A stretch of 64,000 bases of DNA, from NCBI GenBank assembly GCA_900617105.1, contig UYFQ01000001.1, forward strand, positions 3,844,001 through 3,908,000. The letters run 5' to 3'. The position numbers were made by a program, and so were the translations under genes. Below, one piece after another: positions 1-9,891 of this stretch (the stretch's first letter is position 1; every line of letters starts with the position of its first letter). The notes beneath the pieces were generated by a model. That model was not told where the DNA came from and did not search any database. It was given only the letters and a program-made list of their open reading frames with translations. Origin of the DNA: Hydrurus foetidus. Lineage: Eukaryota.

Positions 1-694
1 TCCAATTAAAACTCTTGCTGATGTCTGGCGCACTGGGCGCTTTGTTCAGGCGCTTGCTCACCAAGTGCTGCACGATCATGCAGGTTTGAACGACAAATAC
101 TAAAAAGAACACCAAAAACGCATTTTTGCCTTGGTAGTTTGGAAACTTCAGTAGCAAAAGCGCCGGCACGTGACTGATGCCGTAAATACACACCATGATG
201 CCCCACTGCAATTTGGCGTTGCGCTCCAAAAAATGCCGCGTATCACCCGCCAGCGCACCCACCACCGGGATTGCTAAAAAGACATAAACCGGAATAAACA
301 CAGTGACCAAGTCAAAGTGCCGCGTAATGACCAGCGCAAACTGCACCGGCAGAACAATAAAAAAGGCAATCACCAAGCTGTGATGATCACCTTGCCGAGT
401 AGGTGAAAGCGTGATGAATTCGCGCAGTGCAAAAAAAGCAACCAAACTAAACAGCACGGTTGCCACGGTTTCGCCGGCTGCCCAGCCAAGCCAGAACACG
501 GTTGACATCAGCCAAGAGGTGCGCAGCAGACCGTTAAAGTCTTGCAGCTTTTGACGATTTTCCTCGTCATCAGCGCTTTCTTTCATAGACATCACAAAAG
601 CGTAAACGCTTACGGAAAGCAACAGCCCAAACACGATGATGAACAACAACCCAACCTGCTGTGACGGCGTCAGGTTACGCAGAAAACTGGTCAT
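1..694 (-). CDS. Phosphatidate cytidylyltransferase family membrane protein (runs off the window start)
   Basis: ATG at 694-692 overlaps the acyltransferase stop (TGATG). Reading MTSFLRNLTPSQQVGLLFIIVFGL... gives a hydrophobic protein with an 'ALREFITLSPTRQGDHHSL' segment typical of CdsA-like proteins paired with PlsC-like genes. Confidence 0.75.
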   Translation of the reverse strand, partial: MTSFLRNLTPSQQVGLLFIIVFGLLLSVSVYAFVMSMKESADDEENRQKLQDFNGLLRTSWLMSTVFWLGWAAGETVATVLFSLVAFFALREFITLSPTRQGDHHSLVIAFFIVLPVQFALVITRHFDLVTVFIPVYVFLAIPVVGALAGDTRHFLERNAKLQWGIMVCIYGISHVPALLLLKFPNYQGKNAFLVFFLVFVVQTCMIVQHLVSKRLNKAPSAPDISKSFNW

Positions 695-1305
695 CAGGCG
701 TCCCTCAAGCCAAGCACCGCCAGCCTTGCGCGCGTTAAAAATTCACTGCGCTCTTCGGCCGAACCCAAAGCGATCGGTGCGCCAAAAGTCACTGAGCACA
801 AAATCGGCACGGGCACGATTTCGCCTTTCGGCATCACGCGCTGCACATTGTTGATCCATGCGGGTACCAAGACAACGTGCGGAAACTTTTGCGCCAGGTT
901 GTACAAGCCAGACTTGAATTTTTGCGGCTCCTCCTGGTTACCGCGGGTACCTTCTGGAAACAGAATGATTGAGTCGCCGTTTTCAAGCGCCTTCATCAGT
1001 GGATCCAAAGGGTCCTGATCACCGGTTTTAGCGCGGTCGACGTAAATGGCATTGAAAACCGCTGTCGTTATCCATTGTTTGAAAGGTGTTTTAGTCCAGT
1101 AGTCTTTAGCGGCAATGGGCCGCGTGATGCGGCGCAGCTCCTTAGGCAGCGCCGCCCACATCAAAACCAGATCAGCATGGCTTTGGTGATTGGCAAAATA
1201 AATGCGCTGCTCAGCTTTTGGCGGACAGCCTTGCCAGCGGGCTTGCGCGCCGGTCAGCACGCGAATCAGCCCTAAGAGAAAAAAGCTCATTAACTTAGCC
1301 CGCAT
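694..1305 (-). CDS. Lysophospholipid/1-acyl-glycerol-3-phosphate acyltransferase
   Basis: NHQSHAD (HX4D) and FPEGTR motifs. Confidence 0.9.
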   Translation of the reverse strand: MRAKLMSFFLLGLIRVLTGAQARWQGCPPKAEQRIYFANHQSHADLVLMWAALPKELRRITRPIAAKDYWTKTPFKQWITTAVFNAIYVDRAKTGDQDPLDPLMKALENGDSIILFPEGTRGNQEEPQKFKSGLYNLAQKFPHVVLVPAWINNVQRVMPKGEIVPVPILCSVTFGAPIALGSAEERSEFLTRARLAVLGLRDA

Positions 1306-1386
1306 AGCTGCCTTTTAATGGCAATTTAGCCAGTCGCGCCGCGAGTTGTCGATTGCGCCAGCTCCGACGAATTTGCGTTGGGGTCT

Positions 1387-2169
1387 TCAAGGGATGTCGA
1401 CCCCAGCCATTCGCGCCGCAATGGTGCTGGCCCGTGATGACAAATAGCCCGAGTTCGGCCTTGTTTCGAAGTACTTGGGGCGCGGCAACATCACTGCCAG
1501 TCGTGCAGCTTCAAACGCGCTGAGCTGGGCTGCGGACTTGCGGTAGTAATACTGCGCGGCGGCTTCAGCGCCAAAAACGCCTTCGCCCCATTCAACGCTG
1601 TTCAAGTAAATTTCCAAAATACGCTGCTTATCCAGCAGGCGCTCAAGCAGCAGCGTCAGCACCAACTCTTGGCCTTTGCGCAACAGCGTTCGTTCGCCCG
1701 ATAAAAAAAGGTTTTTGGCCAGTTGCTGGGTAATGGTAGAGCCGCCGATTATTTTGGGTGGTTTGGCAGCTGGTTTGCTGCCTGCTGGTTTGGCAGATAA
1801 CCTGGCCGTGGACGGCTGCAAACGCTGCCCTGCCTGCGCTCTGGCGGCAGCTTTCGCATCAGCTTTGCTGTTTTTATCCCACGCCTTTTCTAGCGCTTCA
1901 ATATCAACGCCTTCATGCTCTACAAAGCTTGCGTCTTCTGATGCAATGACGGCTTTTTTCAGGTTGTCAGAAATATCGTCATAGGGCACCCACTGCTGGC
2001 GCCACTTCAAGCTGCCGGTGTGCGTGGCGACGCTGTAAACCGCCGACCTTTCAAAAGCGGTTGACTCCGGGTTGACGACCACCATCAATGCGACACGCGC
2101 CACAAAGTACAGTTGTAGCGACAGCCCCGCGAGCACCACCAACAGCCCCAGCCGCAGCAGCCCTTTCAT
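1387..2169 (-). CDS. mtgA: Monofunctional peptidoglycan transglycosylase
   Basis: SEDASFVEHEG, GGSTITQQLAKNLFL, RKGQE and LEIYLN motifs; probable start MKGLL. Confidence 0.93.
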   Translation of the reverse strand: MKGLLRLGLLVVLAGLSLQLYFVARVALMVVVNPESTAFERSAVYSVATHTGSLKWRQQWVPYDDISDNLKKAVIASEDASFVEHEGVDIEALEKAWDKNSKADAKAAARAQAGQRLQPSTARLSAKPAGSKPAAKPPKIIGGSTITQQLAKNLFLSGERTLLRKGQELVLTLLLERLLDKQRILEIYLNSVEWGEGVFGAEAAAQYYYRKSAAQLSAFEAARLAVMLPRPKYFETRPNSGYLSSRASTIAARMAGVDIP

Positions 2170-2218
2170 GGCGCATGCCCACTGATCGTTGCGGTTGGGT
2201 TTGACCAAGCTGGGCGTG

Positions 2219-3067
2219 TCATTGGCTGGTCAGCTTGGTTTCAAGCGTTTCGTCGCGCGTGAACTTGAAACGCGACACGACAACAATTTGATCCGCTCGG
2301 CGGCGCATGGCATCGTTGAACTTTTCGAAAGGCCCGGTGCCTTTGACTATCGCCTGCGCTCTTCGGTCCAAGGTCAAATTGCCAGAGGTTTCTACTACTT
2401 CGGTGGCCAAAATGCGGCCGTCGAAATTCACCGTCACGATCATGGTCAGTTCGCCATAAAGTTTCTTGCCTGCCAGCTCAGGAAAGTTCGTGGTGCCTTT
2501 TTCTTCAACTTTGCGGCGCAAGCTGTCGTAGTACACCGCGTACACCTCTTCCCGAGTCGCGGGGCTGATGTAGCGCTTTTTGGGCCGCGCGTTTTCCTCG
2601 TTGATTCGCTTTTCAATTTCGGCCAGAATTTTGACCAGTTTTTTACGTTTTTCTTCACGCTCGGACTGCGCCGGATCGTTTGTCGCCACTTTGGGGTCAG
2701 GCAAGGGCAACGTTGCCAGCTCTTTTTTGATTTGCGCCAGCAGCTGAGTTTGCTGATCTTGCATGGCCTCTACCTTGCGCTGCGCGTCTTCCGCCGCATC
2801 GCCCAAATCAGTGAAAGCAGAGGGCGGCAGGGGTGAAGTGGCTCGGCCTTTTTCGACTTCGCCACCGCCTGCTAACGAAGCTTGTGCAATCGCTTTTGCA
2901 AAGTCTGGCTTTTCGCTGGATTTGGCGTTAACCAAAATGACTTCCAGCGGTGTGTCTTTAAACACCCGGTTAAAGCGTTCGGGGTCAACAAAACGGGTCG
3001 TCAGCACCGCCACATGCACCGCGGCGGATGCAAGTAACGCAATTTGCAGTGTGCTGAGAGTTTTCAC
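2219..3067 (-). CDS. TonB family protein
   Basis: N-terminal TM with SxxxH, coiled-coil, TonB C-terminal-like domain (VETSGNLTLDRRA). Confidence 0.8.
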   Translation of the reverse strand: MKTLSTLQIALLASAAVHVAVLTTRFVDPERFNRVFKDTPLEVILVNAKSSEKPDFAKAIAQASLAGGGEVEKGRATSPLPPSAFTDLGDAAEDAQRKVEAMQDQQTQLLAQIKKELATLPLPDPKVATNDPAQSEREEKRKKLVKILAEIEKRINEENARPKKRYISPATREEVYAVYYDSLRRKVEEKGTTNFPELAGKKLYGELTMIVTVNFDGRILATEVVETSGNLTLDRRAQAIVKGTGPFEKFNDAMRRRADQIVVVSRFKFTRDETLETKLTSQ

Positions 3068-3107
3068 TGGCTCTTATTATCAGCTTCTTAACGGCCGAGA
3101 AATGCAA

Positions 3108-5192
3108 TTACAAAGGATTTTCACTCGCAGCTTGAGCCTGCTCTGGCGCATCAGTGACGTCGACCGCGATAGAAATAGGCCCGGCAACACTGTCGTCTTC
3201 TTCGTCATCGCCACCATTACCGTCAACCAGCGTGTCCGGGTCCGCTGGTGTATTGGCTTCATGGTCCAGCCGCTCGACCACAGCGCCCGTAATGTCCAAC
3301 GTGATTTCATCAATCGCGCCCAGCTTGATCCGCACGCGAGCGCCGCGCGGCAGCCCCAATGCGCCAGTGGCCGGCAGCACCAGCGGAAGATCGTCTGCTC
3401 TGACCAAATGGTCTTTGAATGCGGTGGCCGTTAGCTCGGTGATCGAGTTTTGCTGCAGGTATTTCAGCGTCCAGTAGCGCTCTATGCCGCTCTGGTAAGT
3501 GTTGTAAGCGCTGTAGGCGGTGTCAAAGCTGGAAATGATCGAGAACAGCTCCGTGTCTTTGGGCTTGAAGGGTGCTACCAACGCGGCAGACAAGCCATGC
3601 TTGACGCACGCAATAATTTGCCATTGGTTAACCAGGTCGGTGTAGCGGCGAAGCGGTGAGGTAGACCACGCGTAGCTCTTTACGCCCAGCCCAGCGTGGG
3701 GCAGGGCTTTGGTACCCATTCGCACCTTGACGCCGGGCGCCAGGCTGGCCTGGCTGCGGTAGATGCCCGGCACGCCGTGTTCGGCCAACCACTGGCCCCA
3801 TGTACTGTTGGCCAAAATCATGGCTTCGGCCACGATCAAGTCCAGTGGCGCGCCGCGTTGCCGGGTGCTGATGCTGACTTGTTCACTGCCGGTTGGCTCT
3901 TGCCCGCTGGGGTTGTCAAGTTTGAAGTTGTAGTCCGGGCGGTTGAAGTTTTCGGGTTTGCCACGTGCAACTTCACGCGCTGTTTTCAAGGTTTTTGCCA
4001 GTTTATGCAAGAAGATTAGCTCATCAGACCAATCAATACGGGCGCGAGCAGCTCCTAAATCAGGAGCACTAAAGAACGCTTCAGTGAAGGTACTGTCAAG
4101 CACGTCGTGGCGCAGGTTGGCTGCAATCGGCACCAATTCAATGCGGGTAACTGACGCACGAATTTCCAGCGTTGCCTCATCCAGCGTGACATACAACGAC
4201 ACGGCGGGGCAGTTTTTGCCCGCCTGCAAGGTGTAGTTTTGCACTACTTCGTCGGGCAGCATCGTCAGCTTGTAGCCCGGCATGTACACGGTGGAAAGGC
4301 GCGCGCGGCCAAGTTGATCAATCGGGCTCGCCGGCACCACCGCCAGGCCAGGCGCGGCAATGTGAATACCCAGCGTGACGGTACCGGTGCCCAAGCCTTC
4401 AACGGACAAAGCGTCGTCGATCTCAGTCGTGGCGGAGTCATCGATTGAAAACGCTCTGACAGTCGCCAGTGCCAGGGTTTCAGCGTGCTGCGGCGCGGTA
4501 AGCCCCGGGAAACCGGTGCCCTTGGGAAAGTTCTCAAACAAAAATCGTTTGTAGTGAAACTGGTAAGGCGACGCAATGGCGCCCGCGCGCTGCAGCAAAT
4601 CAAGGGGTGCGGTGTGGGTGGACTTGGCGGCTTCAACGACGGCTTTGTATTCGCTGGTGTTTTTGTCGGGCCTGAATAAAATTTTGTATAGCTGCTCGCG
4701 AATCGGCTCGGGGCAGGTGCCTTGCGCCAGCTCCTCAGCCCAAGCGGTGACTTGCAGCGCTGCTTGCTTTTTCTTTTCAATCGCTGCCAGGGCTAATTGC
4801 AATATTTCAAGCGGGGCTTTTTTAAACCTGCCTTTGCCAGCGCGGCGAAAGTAGTGGGGTGCGTCAAACAACCTGAACAGCGCTGCAGCTTGCTGCTCAA
4901 GCGACGCGGGTTTTGACGGGTCAGCGCTGAAGTAATCGCGTGCCAAATCGCTAAAGCCAAACTCTTCTTCACTGGCAAACTCCCACGCCAGTTCCAGCTC
5001 AATGTCTTCACTTAGTTTTTTTGCGCCGGCCATCAGCTCTGCGGGTGAAGGCTTTTCAAACTTGAGCAAAGCGTTGGCTGCTTTGACTTTGACGCGTTTG
5101 CCCGAGTCAAGCTCCACTTGCAATGCGTTGTCTGACTCAGACAACACACGGCCTGCCAGGTGTTTCCCGGCTTCTTCAAACAATACAAACAA
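3108..5192 (-). CDS. rnb: Ribonuclease II (RNB domain)
   Basis: SIDDSATTEIDDA, EAMILAN and STSPLRRYTDL motifs; probable TTG start at (M)FVLFEEAGK. Confidence 0.9.
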   Translation of the reverse strand: MFVLFEEAGKHLAGRVLSESDNALQVELDSGKRVKVKAANALLKFEKPSPAELMAGAKKLSEDIELELAWEFASEEEFGFSDLARDYFSADPSKPASLEQQAAALFRLFDAPHYFRRAGKGRFKKAPLEILQLALAAIEKKKQAALQVTAWAEELAQGTCPEPIREQLYKILFRPDKNTSEYKAVVEAAKSTHTAPLDLLQRAGAIASPYQFHYKRFLFENFPKGTGFPGLTAPQHAETLALATVRAFSIDDSATTEIDDALSVEGLGTGTVTLGIHIAAPGLAVVPASPIDQLGRARLSTVYMPGYKLTMLPDEVVQNYTLQAGKNCPAVSLYVTLDEATLEIRASVTRIELVPIAANLRHDVLDSTFTEAFFSAPDLGAARARIDWSDELIFLHKLAKTLKTAREVARGKPENFNRPDYNFKLDNPSGQEPTGSEQVSISTRQRGAPLDLIVAEAMILANSTWGQWLAEHGVPGIYRSQASLAPGVKVRMGTKALPHAGLGVKSYAWSTSPLRRYTDLVNQWQIIACVKHGLSAALVAPFKPKDTELFSIISSFDTAYSAYNTYQSGIERYWTLKYLQQNSITELTATAFKDHLVRADDLPLVLPATGALGLPRGARVRIKLGAIDEITLDITGAVVERLDHEANTPADPDTLVDGNGGDDEEDDSVAGPISIAVDVTDAPEQAQAASENPL
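4026..4068 (-). repeat. Family A repeat, in-frame inside rnb
   Basis: Minus strand TGCTCCTGATTTAGGAGCTGCTCGCGCCCGTATTGATTGGTCT, encoding (S)APDLGAARARIDWS. Confidence 0.85.
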
Positions 5193-5377
5193 AACGCGTG
5201 CCCCAAATAGTGTGTTGTGCCCAGTGTAATTAGCCCATTGCAGCAGGCTGAATTTGAGCGGGGGGGACTGGTTTAATCGAGAGAGGCCGTAGTTTGCAGA
5301 AGCGTTGCTACTGGCAGGCGCAGGCCATTGAGCCGCGTTGGTTGTATGGTGCCAGCGAAGCTCGCCGATAATTGCGA

Positions 5378-6532
5378 ATGGCTGCCGTTTTCGATAAACC
5401 CTCGCTGCTAAAGCGTGCATCGCCGTTTTTTAGCGGTTTTGATGGCCCATTGGCGTTTGCTGTGTTTATGCTGGCCTGCGCCGGGCTGCTGATCATGTAT
5501 TCGTCTGGCTACGACCATGGCAGCCGGTTTGTAGACCACGGCCGCAATATGTTGATTGCGGGCTTCATCATGTTTGTAGTGGCGCAAATATCGCCGCAGC
5601 GGCTGATGTCGTTCGCGGTGCCGCTTTACGTTGTGGGTGTGGGCCTGCTGATTGCCGTGGCTATTTTTGGCATCACCAAAAAAGGCGCGCGTCGCTGGCT
5701 GAATGTCGGGGTGGTGATTCAACCCAGTGAGATTTTAAAAATTGCCATGCCACTGATGCTGGCCTGGTGGTTTCAAAAGCGTGAGGGTCAGCTCAGGCCG
5801 CTTGACTTTCTAATGGCCGGCGCGCTGCTGGTGGTACCGGTTGGTTTGATCATGAAGCAGCCTGACCTGGGTACGTCGTTGCTGGTGCTGGCCGCAGGCC
5901 TGGCCGTTATCTTTTTTGCCGGACTGAGCTGGAAATTAATCGTGCCGCCCGTATTAATCGGGTTGATTGGCATCTTTTTACTGGTCTGGTTTGAGCCCCA
6001 GCTGTGCGCCGACGGCATGCGCTGGCCTGTACTGCACGACTACCAACAGCAGCGCATTTGCACGCTGCTTGACCCGTCGCGCGACCCGCTGGGCAAAGGG
6101 TTTCACATTTTGCAAGGCATGATTGCCATCGGCTCTGGCGGCCTGTTTGGCAAAGGATTCATGGCGGGTACGCAAACGCATCTGGAGTTCATCCCCGAGC
6201 GCACCACAGACTTCATTTTTGCGGCATTTTCAGAAGAATTTGGCTTGGCGGGTAACTTGCTGCTTATCGCCGGGTTTGCCTTTTTAATCTTGCGTGGCTT
6301 AAGCATTGCCATGGACGCACCGACACTTTTCTCTAGGCTTTTAGCAGGCGCCTTGACCATGATCTTTTTTACCTATGCCTTCGTGAACATGGGCATGGTC
6401 AGCGGGATTTTGCCGGTGGTGGGTGTGCCTTTGCCATTCATTAGCTACGGCGGAACAGCGATGGTTACTCTCGGCTTGGCAGTGGGCATGCTCATGTCCA
6501 TTGCCAAAGCGAAGCGATTGGTGCAATCTTGA
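5378..6532 (+). CDS. rodA: Rod shape-determining SEDS protein RodA
   Basis: GARRWL, IQPSE, QPDLGT, FIPERTTDFIF and PLPFISYGG motifs. Confidence 0.93.
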   Translation: MAAVFDKPSLLKRASPFFSGFDGPLAFAVFMLACAGLLIMYSSGYDHGSRFVDHGRNMLIAGFIMFVVAQISPQRLMSFAVPLYVVGVGLLIAVAIFGITKKGARRWLNVGVVIQPSEILKIAMPLMLAWWFQKREGQLRPLDFLMAGALLVVPVGLIMKQPDLGTSLLVLAAGLAVIFFAGLSWKLIVPPVLIGLIGIFLLVWFEPQLCADGMRWPVLHDYQQQRICTLLDPSRDPLGKGFHILQGMIAIGSGGLFGKGFMAGTQTHLEFIPERTTDFIFAAFSEEFGLAGNLLLIAGFAFLILRGLSIAMDAPTLFSRLLAGALTMIFFTYAFVNMGMVSGILPVVGVPLPFISYGGTAMVTLGLAVGMLMSIAKAKRLVQS

Positions 6533-6543
6533 GCATAGAAATG

Positions 6544-6592
6544 GGCTCTAGCCCAATTGATATAGTCGCAAGCAGCTCCTAAAAAAGTAGCA
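6544..6592 (-). repeat. Family A repeat, intergenic rodA-mlaF
   Basis: GGCTCTAGCCCAATTGATATAGTCGCAAGCAGCTCCTAAAAAAGTAGCA is the reverse complement of the consensus. Confidence 0.8.
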
Positions 6593-6719
6593 AAAACGCC
6601 TAACTGCGCACTGTAAAAATCGTGAGTTTGCGTAAATCACCGCGTGCGCATTGCGTTTATCATTGTTTTCTCTGGGTTTAGCGCCCCTCTCGCTGGTTAG
6701 TCCGGCAACGACAACAGTT

Positions 6720-7577
6720 ATGCCCACCTTCCCATCTTCACTGTCCCCGCACCTTGTTGAAATCAAAGACGTTTCGTTTTCTTACGGCGGCGCCGCTGAC
6801 GAGCGCGTGATATTGCAAGGCATCAACCTGTCAGTACCGCGTGGAAAAGTGACCGCGCTGATGGGCGCGTCAGGCGGTGGTAAAACTACCGTACTGCGGT
6901 TGATTGGCGGGCAACAAAAAGCCACTAGCGGCTCGGTGCGGTTTGACAATCAGGACGTGGGGTGTATGCCTGCGACTGATCTGTACGCGGCCCGCAGGCG
7001 CATGGGCATGCTGTTTCAGTTTGGCGCTCTGTTCACTGACCTCAGCGTATTTGACAATGTGGCTTTTCCCCTGCGTGAGCACACCGATTTGGCGGCGGAA
7101 CTGATTCGCGACATTGTGCTGATGAAGCTCAATGCTGTTGGGTTGCGGGGGGCCAGAGACCTCATGCCGAGCGAGATTTCAGGCGGCATGGCGCGCCGAG
7201 TTGCTTTGGCGCGCGCCATCGCACTCGACCCTGAGCTGATCCTGTATGACGAGCCGTTTGCGGGGCTGGACCCAATTTCTTTGGGCACGGCAGCTCAACT
7301 TATTCGTCAGCTCAATGACACGCTGGGCATTACCAGCATCGTGGTATCTCATGATCTGGAAGAAACCTTTCGCATCGCCGACCAGGTGATTATTTTGGCC
7401 AATGGTGTCGTTGCCGCTCAGGGCACGCCGGACGAGGTGCGTCACTCCACCGATCCGCTGGTGCACCAGTTTGTCAATGCGCTGAGCGAAGGGCCGGTTA
7501 AATTCCATTACCCGGGTGTAAATGTTGAAACTGACTTTGGTACTTCTGCAGGTACGGCAAAAGGAAAGCGTTCATGA
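6720..7577 (+). CDS. mlaF: Phospholipid ABC transporter ATPase MlaF
   Basis: GASGGGKT, ISGGMARR and YDEPFAGLDP motifs; mla operon context. Confidence 0.92.
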   Translation: MPTFPSSLSPHLVEIKDVSFSYGGAADERVILQGINLSVPRGKVTALMGASGGGKTTVLRLIGGQQKATSGSVRFDNQDVGCMPATDLYAARRRMGMLFQFGALFTDLSVFDNVAFPLREHTDLAAELIRDIVLMKLNAVGLRGARDLMPSEISGGMARRVALARAIALDPELILYDEPFAGLDPISLGTAAQLIRQLNDTLGITSIVVSHDLEETFRIADQVIILANGVVAAQGTPDEVRHSTDPLVHQFVNALSEGPVKFHYPGVNVETDFGTSAGTAKGKRS

Positions 7578-8365
7578 GTACCCCTAAGCCCGGCCGAATC
7601 GCCGAATTGGGCCTCGCTGTGCGTCAGCAGCTCGGCCAATTGGGTCACGCCACGCGCTTGCTGGCTCGGTTGGTCATGACCAGCGGCCAAGCGCTGCGCC
7701 GCTTTGGTCTGGTGCGCGACCAAATCTTGTTTTTGGGTAACTATTCCCTCGCCCTTATTGGTGTGTCGGGGTTATTCGTGGGTTTTGTGTTGGGGCTGCA
7801 GGGCTACTACACACTACAGCGGTTTGGCGCAGCCGATACCCTGGGGTTGTTGGTAACGCTAAGTTTGGTGCGAGAGCTTGGGCCAGTGGTGACTGCGTTG
7901 CTGTTTGCAGGCCGAGCAGGCACAGCGCTAACGGCTGAAATTGGCCTGATGAAGGCGGGTGAGCAGCTTTCTGCGATGGAAATGATGGCGGTTGACCCGG
8001 TTCAGCGCATTTTGGCACCTCGTTTTTGGGGCGGCCTTATCGCGATGCCGATACTTGCTGCGGTCTTTAGCGCTGTCGGTGTTTTAGGCGGCTGGTTTGT
8101 GGGCGTAGTGATGATTGGCGTTGATGCAGGCTCGTTTTGGAGTCAGACGCAATCGGGCGTCGACGTGTGGCGTGACGTGGGTAACGGTGTGATCAAAAGC
8201 TTCGTTTTCGGCATAACTGTGACTTTTGTCGCGCTTTATCAAGGTTATGAAGCGCACCCCACCCCCGAGGGTGTGTCCAGGGCGACCACTCGAACCGTGG
8301 TGATTGCATCGCTGGCAGTGCTGGGGCTTGATTTCCTGCTGACTACGCTGATGTTCAGTGTTTAA
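7574..8365 (+). CDS. mlaE: MlaE permease
   Basis: VRELGPVVTALLFAGRAG, AEIGLMK and EGVSRATTRTVV motifs. Confidence 0.95.
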   Translation: MSTPKPGRIAELGLAVRQQLGQLGHATRLLARLVMTSGQALRRFGLVRDQILFLGNYSLALIGVSGLFVGFVLGLQGYYTLQRFGAADTLGLLVTLSLVRELGPVVTALLFAGRAGTALTAEIGLMKAGEQLSAMEMMAVDPVQRILAPRFWGGLIAMPILAAVFSAVGVLGGWFVGVVMIGVDAGSFWSQTQSGVDVWRDVGNGVIKSFVFGITVTFVALYQGYEAHPTPEGVSRATTRTVVIASLAVLGLDFLLTTLMFSV

Positions 8366-8460
8366 AGCAAGTGGCGTGCTGAACCAGCTTGCGCATGCGA
8401 AAATCACACTATGCGGTCAATTGTGGTCATAGCCATTTCGAGGTTCTGAAAGACTAAACA

Positions 8461-8964
8461 ATGCAACGTTCAAAGAATGATTTTTGGGTAGGTTTATTTG
8501 TGCTGATTGGTGCGGCAGCGGTGCTGTTTTTGGCGCTGAAGTCAGCCAATCTGTTGTCGCTGAGTTTTGACACCGCCTACAAAGTAACTGCCAAGTTTGA
8601 CAACATCGGCGGGCTAAAACCAAGAGCGGCCGTTAAAAGTGCTGGCGTGGTCATTGGCCGTGTAGAAAGCATCACATTTGATGACAAGTCTTTTCAGGCC
8701 AACGTTAATTTGGCGATGGAAAGCAAATATGCTTTTCCGAAAGACTCATCGTTAAAAATACTAACCAGCGGCTTGCTGGGTGAGCAATATATCGGTATCG
8801 AGCCAGGCGGTAGCGAAAAAAACATCGCAGCTGGAGATGTCATCAAACAAACGCAATCTGCCATCGTGCTTGAAAACCTGATTAGCCAATTTTTATTCAG
8901 CAAAGCTGCTGAAACCAAGCCTGCCGAAACTCCTATAGCGGCACCTACGACTGACAAAAAATGA
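8461..8964 (+). CDS. mlaD: MlaD MCE-domain protein
   Basis: FDNIGGLK...GVVIGRV and TSGLLGEQYI motifs. Confidence 0.95.
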   Translation: MQRSKNDFWVGLFVLIGAAAVLFLALKSANLLSLSFDTAYKVTAKFDNIGGLKPRAAVKSAGVVIGRVESITFDDKSFQANVNLAMESKYAFPKDSSLKILTSGLLGEQYIGIEPGGSEKNIAAGDVIKQTQSAIVLENLISQFLFSKAAETKPAETPIAAPTTDKK

Positions 8965-9752
8965 AGACTTTATCCTCGTTAAAAGGCGCGTTCAGCGCGG
9001 CGGCCGCAGGTGTAGCTTTAGTGCTGCTGTCGGGTTGCGCGTCAGGCCCTAACGCCAACCCCGAAGACCCCCTTGAGCCGCTGAATCGCACGGTATTTCA
9101 GTTCAATGACGGTTTGGACAAGGCAATTTTCAAGCCCGTAGCCACGGCTTACAAGGCCGTGACGCCTACGCCCGTTCGCACGGGGGTAAGCAACTTTTTT
9201 GGCAACCTGCTGGATGTGCGCACCCTGATCAACAACGTTCTCCAGTTGCGCCCAAAAGATGCGGTTGAAACGGTTATGCGCTTGGGTGTCAACACACTTT
9301 TCGGCTTGGGCGGCGTGCTTAACGTTGCCAGTGAAATGCAGCTGGATCGGCAGCCCCAAGATTTCGGCCAGACCCTCGGCGTGTGGGGCGTGGGCTCTGG
9401 GCCCTATCTGGTGTTGCCCGTGTTGGGCTCGTCGTCCCCCCGCGATGTGGTCGGTATTGTGGTTCAAAGCAACACCGATATCGTCACCAATTTAGACCAC
9501 GTGCCAACTCGAAACTCGCTCACCGTTTTGCGTGTAATTGATCTGCGTGCGGGCTTGTTGCAAGCCACCGAGCTGCTCGATTTGGCTTCGCTTGATCGCT
9601 ATGCCTTTGCACGCGATGCCTACTTGCAACGCAAAAGAGCCGGCGTGACTGGGAAAGCTGGCGCCGCACCGCCGGAAGAGCGCTTTGACCTGCCGGCTTC
9701 CCCTGCCGAAAAAGAAGCGACTCCGCCCGCACAGCCTGCGGCGCCGAAGTAA
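8961..9752 (+). CDS. mlaA: MlaA/VacJ lipoprotein
   Basis: Lipobox LSGC, DPLEPLNR, DFGQTLG and GPYLVLP motifs. Confidence 0.93.
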   Translation: MKTLSSLKGAFSAAAAGVALVLLSGCASGPNANPEDPLEPLNRTVFQFNDGLDKAIFKPVATAYKAVTPTPVRTGVSNFFGNLLDVRTLINNVLQLRPKDAVETVMRLGVNTLFGLGGVLNVASEMQLDRQPQDFGQTLGVWGVGSGPYLVLPVLGSSSPRDVVGIVVQSNTDIVTNLDHVPTRNSLTVLRVIDLRAGLLQATELLDLASLDRYAFARDAYLQRKRAGVTGKAGAAPPEERFDLPASPAEKEATPPAQPAAPK

Positions 9753-9891
9753 GCGCTGCCTGACTGGTTTTTTCAATAAGATACACAACGCTGTCTACCC
9801 AATCTGCGACGATGCGTTATCTACAGGCGGGACGAAAAAGCCGCACGTCTGTGATCCATCACATTACGTCAATTTTTCTTGAAAGAAAGAT

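Noticed and set aside
5193..5420. N-terminal extensions in the ORF track (rnb; likewise tfoX, ispA, dxs, selD, sspA, mutT)
   Set aside because: They overlap neighbouring genes or intergenic DNA, and family-typical N-termini begin at downstream starts.
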